From a virus (Duplodnaviria; Caudoviricetes): a DNA stretch of 35,281 nt. Below the pieces are notes generated by a model. It was not told the origin of the DNA. It saw only the letters and a list, made by a program, of their open reading frames with translations, and made no database searches. Shown here piece by piece: positions 9,685 through 18,585 of this stretch (the first letter of the stretch is position 1; every line of letters starts with the position of its first letter). Location of the stretch: positions 1 through 35,281 of IMG/VR virus record IMGVR_UViG_3300012953_004391; one strand, given 5' to 3'. Made by a program: the position numbers and the translations under genes.

Positions 9685-10955
9685 AAAAAACTGTCCACTA
9701 AAATGTTTTTTGCAGATTTTGTATCAAATCCTTTTGTCTGCAGATAATATAATTGTTCTTCGTCTACATTACTTATAGTGCAACCATGTGTACATTCAAT
9801 TTCTTTGGTATAGATATCTAGTATAGGTCTGGTCTGCATTTTAGCAGTTTTAGATAACATTAAATTTGGATTATCCATACTACCTGAAAATCCTTCACTA
9901 GCAGAACTAATTTCAAATTTTCCTATAAAAGATGTTTTAGTTTCATCGTTACCTACATTCCTTATATCTACAGTACTTTTATTGTCGTGATCCGAACTTC
10001 TGACCCTTACAAAATTGTAGTACTCATTACCTTTTGAAATGTTGTTCCTGCCTTGTAAATCTATTTCTACATCTGAACTACATTTAAAATAAAAGTTTTC
10101 TTGTGTATATTGACTTCCTGTGTTTTTAAAATTTATCTTTACAGTACTGCCAGCATGACAAATAAATCTACTGTCAAATATATTCCAGCCGCCATAGTCA
10201 TCTGAATATCTATCTATTTCTAGTGTGCTGTTTTCTCTTACAATGTATGTTGTATAATTTAATTGTCCTGCAAATAGTTTTACTCTTTCTTTTAGTTTAA
10301 CATGAGTATCGTACTGTATATCAAAAATTGTTGTATTAGATTCTAAAACAGGATCATCACATGAATTTTCATATCTTACATCTACTGGATTTTTATAATA
10401 TCTATCATTTGAACCATGTGGGAAAATTATTACATTTGGATAACATGTTGTCCCAAACGTAAAGTTACTAAAATTTCCTGTGTTCTCTATTAACTTTATA
10501 TACTCTGCATGTTTGTGTTTGCTTTTTTTAATGTAGTCTAATACTTGTATTCCAAAAGGCTTTTTCTTATTAACTGCTTCATTTGTAAACACACTACCAT
10601 CAACTAATACCATAGCATTTTTATTTGATGTTGCTAAAAACTCCCATCTGTCTAATTTAGCAAATTTGTCTTTTGATTCTAAAGGACTTAATATATCTAA
10701 ATTGTATAATTTGTTTAAGTTAAAAGTATTAAACTGTTCATCTTTAAAACTAGGTAATTCTTTTTCTCTTAAAAATAATAAATTATCAATGTAACATTTT
10801 GTTAAATCATTATACATATTTCTGTCTGTGTGATGTTTAGTCAGTTTGATATAATCATCACTCACAAGAAAATCATACAACGATTCTAAATTGTAATAAA
10901 ATTCTTTTTGATTACTTAATAGTGGGTATGAAAATAACTGCTTATACACTTTCAA
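9678..10955 (-). CDS. sufD: Fe-S cluster assembly protein SufD (divergent)
   Basis: C-terminal RPILDIYTKEIECTHGCTISNVDEEQLYYLQTKG is typical of SufD; lies between sufC and sufS. Confidence 0.82.
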   Translation of the reverse strand: MKVYKQLFSYPLLSNQKEFYYNLESLYDFLVSDDYIKLTKHHTDRNMYNDLTKCYIDNLLFLREKELPSFKDEQFNTFNLNKLYNLDILSPLESKDKFAKLDRWEFLATSNKNAMVLVDGSVFTNEAVNKKKPFGIQVLDYIKKSKHKHAEYIKLIENTGNFSNFTFGTTCYPNVIIFPHGSNDRYYKNPVDVRYENSCDDPVLESNTTIFDIQYDTHVKLKERVKLFAGQLNYTTYIVRENSTLEIDRYSDDYGGWNIFDSRFICHAGSTVKINFKNTGSQYTQENFYFKCSSDVEIDLQGRNNISKGNEYYNFVRVRSSDHDNKSTVDIRNVGNDETKTSFIGKFEISSASEGFSGSMDNPNLMLSKTAKMQTRPILDIYTKEIECTHGCTISNVDEEQLYYLQTKGFDTKSAKNILVDSFLC

Positions 10956-11637
10956 ATCCTTTGCTGAATATAGTTTGTGCTAAAGTATCATCTCCGATAA
11001 CAACTTCATCTTTTTTAAGCACTATTACAGCATCAGGATTTAAGCCTTCAATAAGTTTTTCATAGTGTGTTACGACAATAAGTGTGTTGTTTTCGTTATG
11101 CCAGTCATTGAGTGTAGTAATTAAAGTCTTAATGCCATCTACATCTAAACCACTGTCTGGCTCATCAAGCATTGCAACTTTTTTATCAAGCATTTGTAAT
11201 TGTATGAGTTCATTTTTCTTTTTCTCACCACCACTTGCATCATCGTTGACATTTCTTTTATCCCAACCTTCTGGAAGATTGAGTGCTCCAGCATTATCTT
11301 TGAACTCAGCCAATGTGGGTGCTATTTCACTTCCTTTGAGATTCAATGCCTGCTTTAGCATTTGGAAATTACTAAGTCCTGGAATACTAGTAGGTGATTG
11401 GAATGCAACAAATAGACCAAGTCTTGCACGTTGGTCAACTTCCAAATCTGTTATATCACTGCCCATAAAAGATAGGTCGCCTTCTACTTGTAAGTCGGGT
11501 CTACCCATTATGCTATGCAGTAATGTACTTTTACCTACACCATTAGAACCCATAACAACATATACTTTGCCTTGTTCAAAGTCTACACTAATGTTTTCTA
11601 GTACATCTTTAACAGAGTAATTTTTTAATCTTAGCAT
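10942..11637 (-). CDS. sufC: Fe-S cluster assembly ABC ATPase SufC
   Basis: Walker A GSNGVGKST, LFVAFQSP..IPG, SGGEKKKNE, LDEPDSGLDVD, VVTHY. Confidence 0.93.
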   Translation of the reverse strand: MLRLKNYSVKDVLENISVDFEQGKVYVVMGSNGVGKSTLLHSIMGRPDLQVEGDLSFMGSDITDLEVDQRARLGLFVAFQSPTSIPGLSNFQMLKQALNLKGSEIAPTLAEFKDNAGALNLPEGWDKRNVNDDASGGEKKKNELIQLQMLDKKVAMLDEPDSGLDVDGIKTLITTLNDWHNENNTLIVVTHYEKLIEGLNPDAVIVLKKDEVVIGDDTLAQTIFSKGFESV

Positions 11638-11643
11638 GGTTGT

Positions 11644-11672
11644 ATTATACGTTCTTTTGTATCCTTTGTCAA
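11644..11672 (-). promoter_or_regulatory. perfect sigma70 promoter TTGACA-17-TATAAT for sufC-D-S-T
   Basis: tgtcaa at 11667-11672, attata at 11644-11649; ATG 6 nt downstream. Confidence 0.8.
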
Positions 11673-11809
11673 TCCTGATTATGCCTAGGATCTTGTTGTT
11701 GTCTAATCCACTCTGCTATTTGTTTTTCTTGTTCTTTAATTGTTTGTGCTTGGTCTTTGATTTTCTTTTCTTCAAACCTAAGTCTTTGCTGTTGTTGTTT
11801 TTGTGCCAT
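11669..11809 (-). CDS. 46-aa Q/K-rich hypothetical protein
   Basis: Manual translation [46 protein letters not shown]. The ATG overlaps the cupin stop (TAATG) and the ORF fills the gap exactly. Confidence 0.7.
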   Translation of the reverse strand: MAQKQQQQRLRFEEKKIKDQAQTIKEQEKQIAEWIRQQQDPRHNQD

Positions 11810-12141
11810 TAGTGATTCCTCCCTCCGTCAAATACACATACAAAGTATAATCCTAAGTGTCCTGTGTTAAACACTCTATGGAACTCTCCATCTTCTATGC
11901 AAATTACATCTCCTGCTATTACAGGAAAACGTTCATCGTCAATTTGCATTTCTCCTTCTCCTTCTACAAAGAAGTAAACTTCCTCTTGTCCTTTGTGTGT
12001 ATGACCATTTGTTTTTTGATTTGCTCGTAAAAATGTACTACTTAATACTAGATTGTTTCCAAAAGCATTGTCTTTCAGCAAATAAGTGGCATTGTCTTTA
12101 ATAACTTCTCCACCAATATCTTTGATTGTGACTTTCTTCAT
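11809..12141 (-). CDS. cupin domain protein
   Basis: [18 protein letters not shown] and [16 protein letters not shown] cupin motifs. Confidence 0.9.
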   Translation of the reverse strand: MKKVTIKDIGGEVIKDNATYLLKDNAFGNNLVLSSTFLRANQKTNGHTHKGQEEVYFFVEGEGEMQIDDERFPVIAGDVICIEDGEFHRVFNTGHLGLYFVCVFDGGRNH

Positions 12142-13595
12142 CCAACTGCTCCTTCCAATGTTACATTTAATAAACTATTTGCTTCGGCGGCAAACTCTAA
12201 TGGCAGTTTTTGAAATACATCTTTACAAAAACCATTTACCACTAAGTTTAATGCATCATCCTCATCAAATCCTCTTGTTGCAAGATAATACATTTGCTCT
12301 TCACTAATCTTTCCAGCACTTGCTTCATGCTCTACTTTTGCTGTATCATTATTACTTTCTATATAAGGTATTGTTAATGCCCTGCTATCCTGCAACATCA
12401 AACTATCACACTTGGTAAAGTTTGTTGCATTGGTGGCTCCGGGATTTACTTTTACTTTACCTCTGTAAGTATTTGTACTATCTCCAAAACTAATTCCTTT
12501 TGATATAACTGTGGACTTGGTATTCTTGCCTAAGTGTATCATTTTAGTTCCTGTGTCTGCTTGTTGCTTACCTTTTGTAACTGCAACACTATAAAACTCA
12601 CCTACACTATTGTCGCCTCTTAATATACAACTAGGATACTTCCATGTTACAGCACTACCTGTTTCAACTTGAGTCCAACTAACTTTACTGCTTTCTCCTT
12701 TACACATGGCACGTTTGGTTACAAAATTATATACACCACCCACACCATTTTCATCTCCTGGATACCAATTTTGTACTGTTGAATATTTTATCTCTGCCCT
12801 ATCATGTGTTACCAGTTCTACTACAGCCGCATGTAATGTGTTTTCATCGTATGCTGGAGCAGTACAGCCTTCTAAATAACTAACATAACTGTCATCATCT
12901 GCAACTATTAATGTACGTTCAAATTGTCCTGTGTTACGAGCATTAATTCTAAAATATGTGTTTAGTTCCATAGGACATTTTACGCCTTTTGGAATATAAC
13001 AAAAAGTACCATCTGAGAATACAGCAGAGTTCAGTGTAGCAAAGTAATTGTCTGTGTAAGGAACAACTGTACCTAAATATTTTTTAACCAATTCTGGGTG
13101 GTCTTTAACTGCTTCACTGATACTACAAAACACTATACCGTACTTTTCTAATTCTGCTTTAAATGTAGTTGCAACACTAACACTATCAAATACGGCATCA
13201 ACGGCTACTGTTGGTATAAGATTATCTGGTTTTGGCTTCTCTGTATCTAATCCTAATAATGCATCACGTTCATGTAAAGGTACACCTAACTTTTCAAACG
13301 TGTCTAAAATTTCTTGTGGTATTTCGTCTTTGTTTCTTAACTTGGGGGATGAGTGATAACTTAACTCTTGATAATCAACTGGATTGTAATCTAGTTCACT
13401 CCAGTCTGGCTCATCCATTTGTTTCCATCTTCTATATGCTTTGAGCCTAAATTCTAATAACCAATCTGGTTCATCTTTAATAGCACTAATCTTTCTTACA
13501 ATGTTTTCATCTAATCCAGCAGGAAAGGCATCGCTTTCTAAGTCAGTGACAAAGCCTTGTTCGTATTTTTCTTTATTAAGATTATCAATGCTCAT
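12138..13595 (-). CDS. sufB: Fe-S cluster assembly scaffold SufB
   Basis: [59 protein letters not shown]. 485 aa, no intein. Confidence 0.97.
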   Translation of the reverse strand: MSIDNLNKEKYEQGFVTDLESDAFPAGLDENIVRKISAIKDEPDWLLEFRLKAYRRWKQMDEPDWSELDYNPVDYQELSYHSSPKLRNKDEIPQEILDTFEKLGVPLHERDALLGLDTEKPKPDNLIPTVAVDAVFDSVSVATTFKAELEKYGIVFCSISEAVKDHPELVKKYLGTVVPYTDNYFATLNSAVFSDGTFCYIPKGVKCPMELNTYFRINARNTGQFERTLIVADDDSYVSYLEGCTAPAYDENTLHAAVVELVTHDRAEIKYSTVQNWYPGDENGVGGVYNFVTKRAMCKGESSKVSWTQVETGSAVTWKYPSCILRGDNSVGEFYSVAVTKGKQQADTGTKMIHLGKNTKSTVISKGISFGDSTNTYRGKVKVNPGATNATNFTKCDSLMLQDSRALTIPYIESNNDTAKVEHEASAGKISEEQMYYLATRGFDEDDALNLVVNGFCKDVFQKLPLEFAAEANSLLNVTLEGAVG

Positions 13596-13891
13596 TCTAC
13601 TGGAAATGTCTTAAGTTGTAATGGGTGACCATTAGCACGAGAAATGGCAATGGCTTCGTTGGTCTTTTGTTCTGCTATTTCAAAATTATAATTACCTGCT
13701 ACAGCATTTTGGTTGTTATGAATTTCCATAGTAACCTCTTTTGCTGTTTTCAAATTCTTATTAAATACTTCAATCAACAACTTAATAACAAATTCCATAG
13801 GAGTATAATCATCATTGTAAATGACAACATTATACCTGGGTGGATATTCTAGTTGTGTGTTTGTTCTAGTTTTTACTGCTTCTTTTGTCAT
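13592..13891 (-). CDS. clpS: ATP-dependent Clp protease adaptor ClpS
   Basis: [26 protein letters not shown] and GHPLQ. Confidence 0.95.
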   Translation of the reverse strand: MTKEAVKTRTNTQLEYPPRYNVVIYNDDYTPMEFVIKLLIEVFNKNLKTAKEVTMEIHNNQNAVAGNYNFEIAEQKTNEAIAISRANGHPLQLKTFPVE

Positions 13892-13895
13892 AGCC

Positions 13896-14099
13896 TTATT
13901 TACTGTGTGGTGGTAATTTTGCTTCTACGAACAGTTCGTGTTTGCGTTTTACCGGATTATACTTCTTTAATTTTAACTTCTGATTTTCAGAAGTCAACCT
14001 TTTTGTTTTAACTGCTGTATAATGAAACGTATGACTGTCCCTTGTTTCCCCTTCTGGAATCAAGTAAACTATAGTTTTTCTTTTATCTTTCTTTGCCAT
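13896..14099 (-). CDS. rpmG: 50S ribosomal protein bL33 (zinc-free type)
   Basis: MAKK..., HYT..K and KLKLKKYNPVKRKHELFVEAK; no Cys. Confidence 0.85.
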   Translation of the reverse strand: MAKKDKRKTIVYLIPEGETRDSHTFHYTAVKTKRLTSENQKLKLKKYNPVKRKHELFVEAKLPPHSK

Positions 14100-14110
14100 A
14101 TGTACTCACG

Positions 14111-14145
14111 AAAATGGGGAGATAAGCATTTTCCTATCTCCCCAG
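14111..14145 (-). terminator. hairpin after hsp20 (probable intrinsic terminator)
   Basis: TGGGGAGATA / TATCTCCCCA inverted repeat followed by TTTT on the minus strand. A TAAATA box (14146-14151) abuts it. Confidence 0.6.
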
Positions 14146-14160
14146 TATTTACCACTAAAT

Positions 14161-14601
14161 TTACTTAATTGAAATCTTTTGTGGCTTAAGAGCATCAGGG
14201 ACGTTTCTAAACAAAGAAACTCTCAAAATACCGTCTTCAAGTTTGGCTTGTTTTACTTCAACATGTTCTGCAAGTTTGAAAGTTCTTAAGAAGTTTCTTT
14301 CTGCAATACCTTTGTGTAAGTATTCAATCTCATCGCCATCTAGAACATTTGATGTTCCGGAAATTTTGAGTGTGCCATCTTCTAATTCAATTTCGATATC
14401 TGCTTTTTTAAATCCTGCTACTGCAAGAGTAATCTCATAGATATCATCTTTTGTTTTAGAAATGTTATAAGGCGGATAGCCTGTAGCATTATTGAATGCT
14501 GGCTCATTGAAAAATTCATTGACTAATCTGTCGAATCCAATGCTTGTTTTAAATAGTGGGGATAATGTATCGGTTGTGATACGAAATTGCTTATTTGTCA
14601 T
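14161..14601 (-). CDS. small heat shock protein Hsp20 (IbpA-like)
   Basis: GYPPYNI, LAVAGF, YLHKGIAERNF, AKLEDGIL; AGGAG RBS. Confidence 0.95.
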   Translation of the reverse strand: MTNKQFRITTDTLSPLFKTSIGFDRLVNEFFNEPAFNNATGYPPYNISKTKDDIYEITLAVAGFKKADIEIELEDGTLKISGTSNVLDGDEIEYLHKGIAERNFLRTFKLAEHVEVKQAKLEDGILRVSLFRNVPDALKPQKISIK

Positions 14602-14619
14602 AATAATCTCCTATAGTTT

Positions 14620-14979
14620 AGCAAGTTATTTTATTCCACTTTTCCTAACCCATAAGGCGAAAGGATAAGTCGCAAGTGAGGTCGTTTCTGGTTTGTGTGT
14701 TTTCTGTATCTCCTCACACACTTGTTACACTTCTTGGTTTCCTCCGATGTTGCCATCTTTGGTCCTTTGTTGGGTAACCTAATAATGTTGGTACTCTCTT
14801 CCCGAAGGCTTAGTACTACCAACTACAATGTTTTCCTTTGTTTGGTCACCAGTCGGTTTGTTTCAGTTACCATCCACTTACCTTGTGTTACCTTTCTGGT
14901 TAACATTGTGCATTTCAATCTTACAGTAGGTCCAAGTTTCTTACGATTCTTTTTCCCTTGCATGATTTTAATGCAAAGT
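14620..14979 (-). ncRNA. candidate structured ncRNA or long 5' leader of hsp20
   Basis: About 360 nt with no credible ORF, directly below two promoters; several stems, UUCG and GCAA tetraloops and an internal repeat. Confidence 0.5.
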
Positions 14980-15028
14980 TATTTATACAACTCTTACTAT
15001 TATATAGTGTTTTTTGGCAAAAAGTCAA
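14980..15028 (-). promoter_or_regulatory. tandem promoters: sigma70-like TTGACT-18-TATAAT plus T4-type late TATAAATA
   Basis: agtcaa at 15023-15028, attata at 14999-15004, tatttata at 14980-14987. Confidence 0.7.
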
Positions 15029-15258
15029 CCTTTTTTTGCCTTTTTTCGTAAATTTCTGGTTTCAAAGTACAATCTTGTGTAAGTTTTCCTTATAATTGCT
15101 ACAGTTGTAAACACTAATGTTAGAAAAAGAGAAGTCTGTAATGCAGTAAAATTTAAGTCAAATGCAATAGCAACTAACAATAAATTCAAAGGAAAGTTAA
15201 TTATAAATGCTAAAAAAGTATCTGCTACTGCTTCTTTGAATGCTATTTTTTTGTTCAT
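15025..15258 (-). CDS. small two-helix membrane protein
   Basis: AFKEAVADT...two hydrophobic segments...IRKTYTRLYF. Confidence 0.7.
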   Translation of the reverse strand: MNKKIAFKEAVADTFLAFIINFPLNLLLVAIAFDLNFTALQTSLFLTLVFTTVAIIRKTYTRLYFETRNLRKKAKKG

Positions 15259-15599
15259 TTGAATATTTTCTCCACATATGGTTTTAAATTTCTAATTGGG
15301 AATTTATCTGTAAATCTCATTTTGTAAATCATTTCTGCTTCATCACTAACGTCACTAGCATAAATTCTAGCAAAGTAATTTAGATAAAAATCTATTGAAT
15401 CTTCAAATTCACTTTCGTAAGGTTTACCCCAACTAACAAAATATTCGACAGGAATATTATTTTCTTCTAACCAGTTTTTCAAATCTTGTGTTGCAATATT
15501 ACAAGCATCTAAATAGATGTGTTCATAATCTGAATCATCTTTTACAGGGCAACTTACTAACAGTAGTTCTCTTCCAGTATCAAAGTTTTTTGTTTCCAA
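15255..15599 (-). CDS. hypothetical protein
   Basis: Open frame; probable TTG start at 15599 preceded by AAGGA. Confidence 0.65.
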   Translation of the reverse strand: METKNFDTGRELLLVSCPVKDDSDYEHIYLDACNIATQDLKNWLEENNIPVEYFVSWGKPYESEFEDSIDFYLNYFARIYASDVSDEAEMIYKMRFTDKFPIRNLKPYVEKIFK

Positions 15600-16032
15600 G
15601 GTAATCCTTCTCAATATATGATTTAGCCATATGACATAAAACACAAAGGCTTCTTATATTTTCCTTTGCATTAGAACCGCCTTGGCTCTTTAGGTGTATA
15701 TGGTCTCCATGCATAACTCCACGCATTGCTCTTAATTTGTCATATTCATCTTCAACATGTCCAAATCGTAAGTCATCTTCACGTGGGTCATATCCACAGT
15801 TATCACATACCCAGTTACGATAAAACGTGTGGGGGCGGTCAGGTTTACCCATTCCGCCATATTCCACACACTCGATTTGATGAGCCCTGCATAGCACTTG
15901 GCTACCGGGCCCTTCAAATGTGCTAATTGGATTATTACAATCCTCTAGCATACAAGTAGAGTTTACTCTAGTCTCTTTAAGATACTGAGCCGTACTCTTT
16001 GGCTTGTCCTTATTAGGGTCTCTTAATCCCAT
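15580..16032 (-). CDS. HNH/zinc-finger endonuclease-like protein
   Basis: CDNCG...GDHIHLKSQGGSN..ENIRSLCVLCH is an HNH-type ββα motif flanked by CxxC pairs. Confidence 0.75.
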   Translation of the reverse strand: MGLRDPNKDKPKSTAQYLKETRVNSTCMLEDCNNPISTFEGPGSQVLCRAHQIECVEYGGMGKPDRPHTFYRNWVCDNCGYDPREDDLRFGHVEDEYDKLRAMRGVMHGDHIHLKSQGGSNAKENIRSLCVLCHMAKSYIEKDYLGNKKL

Positions 16033-17171
16033 AAGTCCTCAGCCTTTACTGTATAACCATTGTTGGGGTCATACTTTGGAGTTTTAAGGTTAGTGCTTTT
16101 CTTAATTTGTGCAATTATGAAAGGACCACCACATCTCCATTCTGTTGCAAACCCTTTAAGTCCATGCTCAGCATAACTTTCTGGATTTGCAGATTGATAC
16201 CATCTGGTATAGGACATTTTCACTTTGTCCCAAAAAGAACCAGTTTCACTAAAGTCTGCTTCAAAGAAGTCTTTAGTAAATCCTACAAGTTCTCTTATAT
16301 AGTCAGTGTCAACAGTAATACCTTGTTGATGACATGCATCAAAGTATTCGTACAACTGCCTAGCCTCCTTTGCTTGTACTGGTCGTTCTGCGTTTAGCAT
16401 ACTCCAATATCCTGCAAAGTATTTTGTGACTACAGGGTCTTTTGCTTTTGCTAGATTCTTTGTCATCAAAGTATCTGCTAACAAAGTAAATGCACCTGGC
16501 TCAGTTTCGTCACCAAACTTACTGTTGGTGGCAAACAAACCTGCTTGTTCAAAGAACACTTGTTTTTGGTTTGCTTTATTCCAAGCATCGTCATCAGCAC
16601 CGTCGACTCTAACACCGAATACCATTTGCTTATAAGTATCGATAAAATCTAAAGGTTCCTTAGCATCACCATTTAGCAAAATAAAGTTACGTCTAATCTC
16701 TAACTTTTCTGCTGTTGGATACACTACTACAGGTACCATCATTTGTGCTACACGAACTCCAAACACTTTTGTTGCAATTATATAAAGAGCAACTGCGGTG
16801 TGTTGTCCGTCCCAGGCAATATACTTGTCTGGATAATCAGGATCTACATACACCTGTATTGGCATCACCATTGTGTTCTTAAATGTTGATAGGATATTTA
16901 CAATGTGCCTAAAATTTAATTGGCGTTGCATTGTAGTATCAATCAATATTTGATCCAACGTTGCGTCAACAGAGGTACACAATGCAATATCAGATAATTT
17001 CTTCCATTGCTTGTTCCTGCGTTTGAACTCATCCACTACACCTATTAGCATATTTTTGAATACTGGATTCAATGCTAAAGATTCGTTTAGACGTTCTTGT
17101 AAAGTAACAAAGTTACTTTGGGTTTGGTTGTATTGCCGATTAACCTTGTCGGCATGGTTTAATGTTGTCAT
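16023..17171 (-). CDS. ParB/Srx-fold (DGQH motif) protein
   Basis: IDTTMQRQL...PIQVY...WDGQHT; GAGGAG RBS. Confidence 0.65.
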   Translation of the reverse strand: MTTLNHADKVNRQYNQTQSNFVTLQERLNESLALNPVFKNMLIGVVDEFKRRNKQWKKLSDIALCTSVDATLDQILIDTTMQRQLNFRHIVNILSTFKNTMVMPIQVYVDPDYPDKYIAWDGQHTAVALYIIATKVFGVRVAQMMVPVVVYPTAEKLEIRRNFILLNGDAKEPLDFIDTYKQMVFGVRVDGADDDAWNKANQKQVFFEQAGLFATNSKFGDETEPGAFTLLADTLMTKNLAKAKDPVVTKYFAGYWSMLNAERPVQAKEARQLYEYFDACHQQGITVDTDYIRELVGFTKDFFEADFSETGSFWDKVKMSYTRWYQSANPESYAEHGLKGFATEWRCGGPFIIAQIKKSTNLKTPKYDPNNGYTVKAEDLWD

Positions 17172-17252
17172 TTTATGCTCCTCGGACTCTGTCCTATTAT
17201 TGCGGGCCTAATTGCCCTATGCATGGTAAGATTATCTCACCTGACTTTTACT

Positions 17253-17280
17253 ATTATATGTCTTTAAAGACTTTTGTCAA
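17253..17280 (-). promoter_or_regulatory. sigma70-type promoter TTGACA-16-TATAAT
   Basis: tgtcaa at 17275-17280, attata at 17253-17258. Confidence 0.7.
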
Positions 17281-18125
17281 CCTTTAAATAACTCTTTTTT
17301 ATCATAAAGGTCACAAATTTGTGAAAAGTTGTAATCATTATTACCTAAAAATCTAAAACTCATTCTATTATTTCCAGTTGTAGTAACTTTGTGCCAACTG
17401 CTTAAAGGAATAATGTATGGGCAATCATATTGAGTCTTACGGCCCACTTGAGTAAGTTGGTCTGCATTTATATCATCCATCAAGTCCATAACAGTTGTAG
17501 TTGTCATACCCTCTTCTGATATTTGCAAAGCCATTTCTTTAAGATATTCTGTGCTGATGTCAGTTAATGTGCCAAGTTTTTCTCTTTTGTGTTGTTTAAC
17601 TTTGTCAATAAACTGTTCTATTAATGATTTAAAACGTTCCTCATATTCGTCTGAACCTTTAGCAAAATCAACATAAGTTTCGCCCTCTTCAAGATATAAA
17701 GGAAAGTTTAGTGCAAAGTTAGTTCTACCTGTAAGGTATTGTTGCTGTTCTTTGGATACCCAATAAGGAAATCCTTCCCTATGCCATCCTGTGCTTTTAT
17801 GAAACTTTAAACAGGATATTGGCATCATCTTTTTGCCAAGTATTGTAGTTTTTACAGGTGTAAGTATATCTATGGTAAATTGTTCTCTAATCCATTCAAT
17901 TAAATTTTTTGCAAGTTTATTGTTATGCAATGATGCACCAACAGGAGCATCTTGCTCATATGGATTATGATACCAAACAAAGTTTTTTGTGATTGTTGTT
18001 TCTGCTATTTGTTTTTTAGCAGATGCAATTTGAAAGTCTTGCTCGTCAAACACTTCTTCTAAAGTGTATGGAAATTTTAATTGTGTTAAATCAATATAAG
18101 GATGTGTTTCAGTATCTACAAACAT
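17277..18125 (-). CDS. hypothetical protein, possible 2OG-Fe(II)/DSBH fold
   Basis: GWHREG...NFALNFPL...WHKV...RMSFRF pattern (HxE...H...R). Confidence 0.45.
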   Translation of the reverse strand: MFVDTETHPYIDLTQLKFPYTLEEVFDEQDFQIASAKKQIAETTITKNFVWYHNPYEQDAPVGASLHNNKLAKNLIEWIREQFTIDILTPVKTTILGKKMMPISCLKFHKSTGWHREGFPYWVSKEQQQYLTGRTNFALNFPLYLEEGETYVDFAKGSDEYEERFKSLIEQFIDKVKQHKREKLGTLTDISTEYLKEMALQISEEGMTTTTVMDLMDDINADQLTQVGRKTQYDCPYIIPLSSWHKVTTTGNNRMSFRFLGNNDYNFSQICDLYDKKELFKG

Positions 18126-18137
18126 GTATATACTTAT

Positions 18138-18584
18138 TCATTTTCCAATGTCTTTAATATTGTTTTTGCCTATTACTTGATATGCACCTTTGTTATAAGC
18201 AGGAGCAATAGTATAATTTTTGCATATTTCTGCTTTTTCTTTCTCCCACTCAAGGTCTCCTTTACCAGTGTTACCACCACCAGTCATAGGCATACTAGGA
18301 TATTTTTTAGCATGTTCTTTCATTGCATGGGCTCGTTCGCTTTCGAAGTGATTCCTTTTCACAGGCTTGAATGCTTCTCTACTTCTAGGATCTACCTTAG
18401 GTTGTATTCCATGACAGTAATCAACATACTGCTCAAAAGTCCATTTAGGCAAACCCATACGTTTGTGTTCTTTGTTTTTAAGTCGTAAGCCTTCTTCCCA
18501 CTTGGCAATATTTGCCTTGGTCATCTTAGGCTTATATTTTCTATTTCTGATAGTCGTTAGACCTTGTGCTAAATGCATTGTCAT
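18138..18584 (-). CDS. basic hypothetical phage protein
   Basis: TFEQYVDY..G and C-terminal APAYNKGAYQVI....IKDIGK. Confidence 0.75.
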   Translation of the reverse strand: MTMHLAQGLTTIRNRKYKPKMTKANIAKWEEGLRLKNKEHKRMGLPKWTFEQYVDYCHGIQPKVDPRSREAFKPVKRNHFESERAHAMKEHAKKYPSMPMTGGGNTGKGDLEWEKEKAEICKNYTIAPAYNKGAYQVIGKNNIKDIGK

Positions 18585-18585
18585 A

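Noticed and set aside
11669-11809. Suspected frameshift in the A-rich microprotein
   Set aside because: Base-by-base reading gives one continuous 47-codon frame.
12138-13595. Possible SufB intein
   Set aside because: Normal length with continuous motifs and no intein termini.
14631-14963. Minus-strand frame of 46 codons + TAG + 63 codons, suggesting amber readthrough or recoding
   Set aside because: TAG is a genuine stop elsewhere (e.g. sufS at 8470). The product has no recognisable features or SD, and the region is better explained as structured RNA.
15732-15917. Other same-strand nested ORFs (also 31950..32138 and 34013..34249)
   Set aside because: No convincing SD or protein-like features, and they overlap conserved catalytic regions of the main genes.
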